From NCBI GenBank assembly GCA_963827655.1, contig CAWHCF010000020.1, forward strand, positions 128,001 through 192,000: DNA of 64,000 bases, given 5' to 3'. The stretch comes from an uncultured Acidobacteriota bacterium. Lineage in GTDB: Bacteria > Acidobacteriota > UBA6911. Both the position numbers and the translations under genes were made by a program. Positions 63,338 through 64,000 of this stretch are shown piece by piece (position 1 is the stretch's first letter; each line of letters begins with the position of its first letter). The notes under the pieces are model-generated. The model searched no databases and was not told the origin of the DNA. It worked only from the letters and a program-made list of their open reading frames with translations.

Positions 63338-64000
63338 ATGATCGAGGTGCGGGGGGTCGCGAAGTATTTCGGCAGGTTCTCTGCGCTGCGAGATCTGCAC
63401 CTCACCGTAGCATCTGGAGAATTTGTTGCGCTTTTCGGTCGAAATGGCGCCGGGAAGACTACGTTGCTCCGGATCGTCGCAGGTCTGACGCGTCCCTCCT
63501 CAGGTACGGTTCTGATCCACGCTGCTTCGGGCCAATCTCCGGTGGCGGCCCGGGGCCTGATCGGATACTTGTCCCATAACACATCTCTCTATGGTGATCT
63601 GACCGCTGTAGAGAATCTTCAGTTTTACGCCAGACTCCTGGGTTTGCCCTGCGGCCGCGCCGATCTCGATTTCCAGATCGAGCGCGTCGGCTTGTCGGGG
63701 CGCGGAGATGAAGCGGTGCGCAACTATTCCCGCGGCATGCAACAGCGACTGGCCATCGCGCGCGCTTTCCTGCACGATCCCGCGATTCTTCTTCTCGACG
63801 AACCATTCACGGGTCTCGACCAGACCGGGACGGAGTTCCTCAAGGGATTCCTCCGTCAGGCGCATGCCCGTGGAAAAACCTGCCTCATGGCAACCCACGA
63901 CGCGTCGTCAGGGTATGAGCTGGCCGACCGTCTGGTGGTTGTAGAAAATGGGGTGGTGGCCCTGGATATTTCGCGGCGGAGCTTCAGCCTCGAAGAATTC
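63338..64000 (+). CDS. ccmA: Heme exporter ATP-binding protein CcmA (runs off window end)
   Basis: Manual translation MIEVRGVAKYFG...GRNGAGKTT...YSRGMQQR...LLLDEPFTGLD; ccm operon context. Confidence 0.88.
   Translation, partial: MIEVRGVAKYFGRFSALRDLHLTVASGEFVALFGRNGAGKTTLLRIVAGLTRPSSGTVLIHAASGQSPVAARGLIGYLSHNTSLYGDLTAVENLQFYARLLGLPCGRADLDFQIERVGLSGRGDEAVRNYSRGMQQRLAIARAFLHDPAILLLDEPFTGLDQTGTEFLKGFLRQAHARGKTCLMATHDASSGYELADRLVVVENGVVALDISRRSFSLEEF

Overview
High-GC bacterial DNA with an Acidobacteriota-like gene set (inference from carboxypeptidase-domain TonB-dependent receptors, duplicated MacB-type ABC permease, TPR + CRTAC1/ASPIC-UnbV pair, DUF1080). Many otherwise intact genes carry single-base indels, which suggests an unpolished long-read assembly. 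1-26.9 kb: envelope and catabolic genes (DUF5668 pair, S9 peptidases, YpdA, M12 metalloprotease with 4 C-terminal repeats, PQQ dehydrogenase + cytochrome c, sulfatase, topoisomerase IB, aminotransferase), plus an unannotated 38-aa secreted CC-CC-CC peptide behind a Cys-rich ORF. 26.9-52.8 kb: an accessory zone with a subtilisin S8 protease + MBL-fold hydrolase operon interrupted by a MITE (best candidate for an undescribed protease-activated nuclease system), two toxin-antitoxin pairs, a decayed stress-gene islet, an IS21 remnant, and two different TonB-dependent receptor genes, each present as a ~4 kb tandem pair of slightly diverged alleles. 52.8-64 kb: TPR/CRTAC1, cytosine deaminase, nitrilase fusion and a ccm operon. 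Three dispersed repeat families (a TWA-targeting MITE, REP-like palindromes, inverted heptamer arrays) occupy the intergenic gaps. No rRNA, tRNA or CRISPR array was recognised.
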